Below are positions 63,431 through 64,000 of a DNA stretch of 64,000 bases, one piece after another (position 1 is the first letter of the stretch; every line of letters begins with the position of its first letter). The DNA comes from Burkholderiaceae bacterium (lineage in GTDB: Bacteria > Pseudomonadota > Gammaproteobacteria > Burkholderiales > Burkholderiaceae_C): assembly GCA_026125795.1 (NCBI GenBank), contig JAHCKM010000006.1, forward strand, positions 75,719 through 139,718, given 5' to 3'. Made by a program: the position numbers and the translations under genes. Under the pieces are notes generated by a model. The model worked only from the letters and a program-made list of their open reading frames with translations, was not told where the DNA came from and did not search any database.

Positions 63431-64000
63431 TTGCGGATCAGCGTGCGTGGCGTCGGCATCGAGGTCGACGACCAGGGGCCTGCGGCGGGCGAGCCGCTGC
63501 TGCTGATCATGGGCCTGGGCATGCAGCTCACCGGCTGGCCCGACGAGCTGGTGCAGATGCTGGTGTCGCGCGGCTTTCGGGTGATCCGCATCGACAACCG
63601 CGATGCCGGTCTGAGCCAGACGTTTGACGACCACGGTGTGCCCAACCTGCTGATGGCCACACTGCGCCACCTGATGCACCTGCCGGTGTCGAGCCCGTAC
63701 ACGGTGCGCGACATGGCCGACGACGCGGCCGGCGTGCTGGATGCGCTCGGCCTGGCGCATGCCCACGTGTGCGGCGCCTCGATGGGCGGCATGATCGCGC
63801 AGCATCTGGCGGCCGCGCATCCGCAGCGCGTGGCCAGCCTGACGCTGATGATGACCAGCAGCGGCGCGCGGCGCCTGCCGCAGCCCAGCCTGGAGGTGCG
63901 GCGCGCGCTACTGTCGCGTCCAGACGGGCACGGCGCCGAAGCGGTGGCGCGCCACCTGCAACGCATCCTCGAGCTGATCGGCAGCCCGGCCTATCGCGAC
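63431..64000 (+). CDS. alpha/beta hydrolase fold protein, 3' end outside window
   Basis: The frame is open from TTG 63431 (GTG 63443 is an alternative) to the window end, and GAAGAAGGG lies upstream. The sequence is GEPLLLIMGLGMQLTGW... with the nucleophile elbow VCGASMGGMIA. Confidence 0.8.
   Translation, partial: MRISVRGVGIEVDDQGPAAGEPLLLIMGLGMQLTGWPDELVQMLVSRGFRVIRIDNRDAGLSQTFDDHGVPNLLMATLRHLMHLPVSSPYTVRDMADDAAGVLDALGLAHAHVCGASMGGMIAQHLAAAHPQRVASLTLMMTSSGARRLPQPSLEVRRALLSRPDGHGAEAVARHLQRILELIGSPAYRD

Noticed and set aside
1-64000. Genomic island, prophage or defence island interpretation of the whole window.
   Set aside because: I recognised no integrase, transposase, tRNA attachment site, phage structural gene, restriction-modification gene, or Cas, CBASS or toxin-antitoxin hallmark. 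Gene composition looks uniformly GC-rich by eye. Formal GC-skew and k-mer analysis was not done.

Overview
Very GC-rich, gene-dense segment with about 62 protein-coding genes on both strands. Gene content looks like a Burkholderiales/Comamonadaceae-type chromosome (inference only). I recognised no rRNA, tRNA, CRISPR array, transposase, integrase or phage gene, so nothing marks this as a classical mobile island.

Modules from left to right:
- 5'-truncated WD40/caspase-like gene plus an Ig-domain lipoprotein.
- Housekeeping-type genes: CreA, DUF502, an acyltransferase, a secreted serine protease, a TonB-dependent receptor and an MFS transporter.
- tetR plus a tripartite RND efflux operon.
- Phasin-like, DUF302 and cupin genes, divergent from an ECF sigma factor with a 66-aa zinc-finger anti-sigma factor.
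- Methyltransferase, flavin reductase, TerB and an M20 amidohydrolase.
- Nucleotidyltransferase, metallophosphoesterase, GT4 and an amylo-alpha-1,6-glucosidase-like cluster.
- HEAT/TPR protein, then an endostatin-like lipoprotein divergent from a fused membrane/spermidine-synthase-like protein.
- Histidine phosphatase, LysR and DUF429.
- A 770-bp hairpin-rich non-coding block.
- DUF1232, then a PQQ sugar dehydrogenase with a dihaem cytochrome c.
- Extended chromate cluster: chrB, chrA, rhodanese, an SOD::rhodanese fusion and an ATP-grasp-like gene.
- Tat ferritin-like protein and a membrane-anchored TAXI protein.
- TPR and HupE genes convergent with a long minus-strand putative metal cluster: DUF4198, Tat amidase, cupin anti-sigma, ECF sigma, TonB receptor, a His-rich protein, a lipoprotein and a membrane protein.
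- Ornithine cyclodeaminase-like gene, MFS transporter and Zn-ADH.
- An 81-bp tandem repeat.
- PIMT-like methyltransferase and RidA, then WS/DGAT and a 3'-truncated alpha/beta hydrolase.

Best candidates for something undescribed:
- The non-canonical TonB receptor / ECF sigma / Cys-free bicupin module. It has a receptor relic downstream and His-rich partners upstream.
- The caspase-WD40 plus Ig-lipoprotein pair.
- The endostatin-like lipoprotein.
- The dispersed and tandem GC-hairpin repeat family.

All family names come from motif recognition by eye. No searches or computations were run, so start codons and family labels are provisional.
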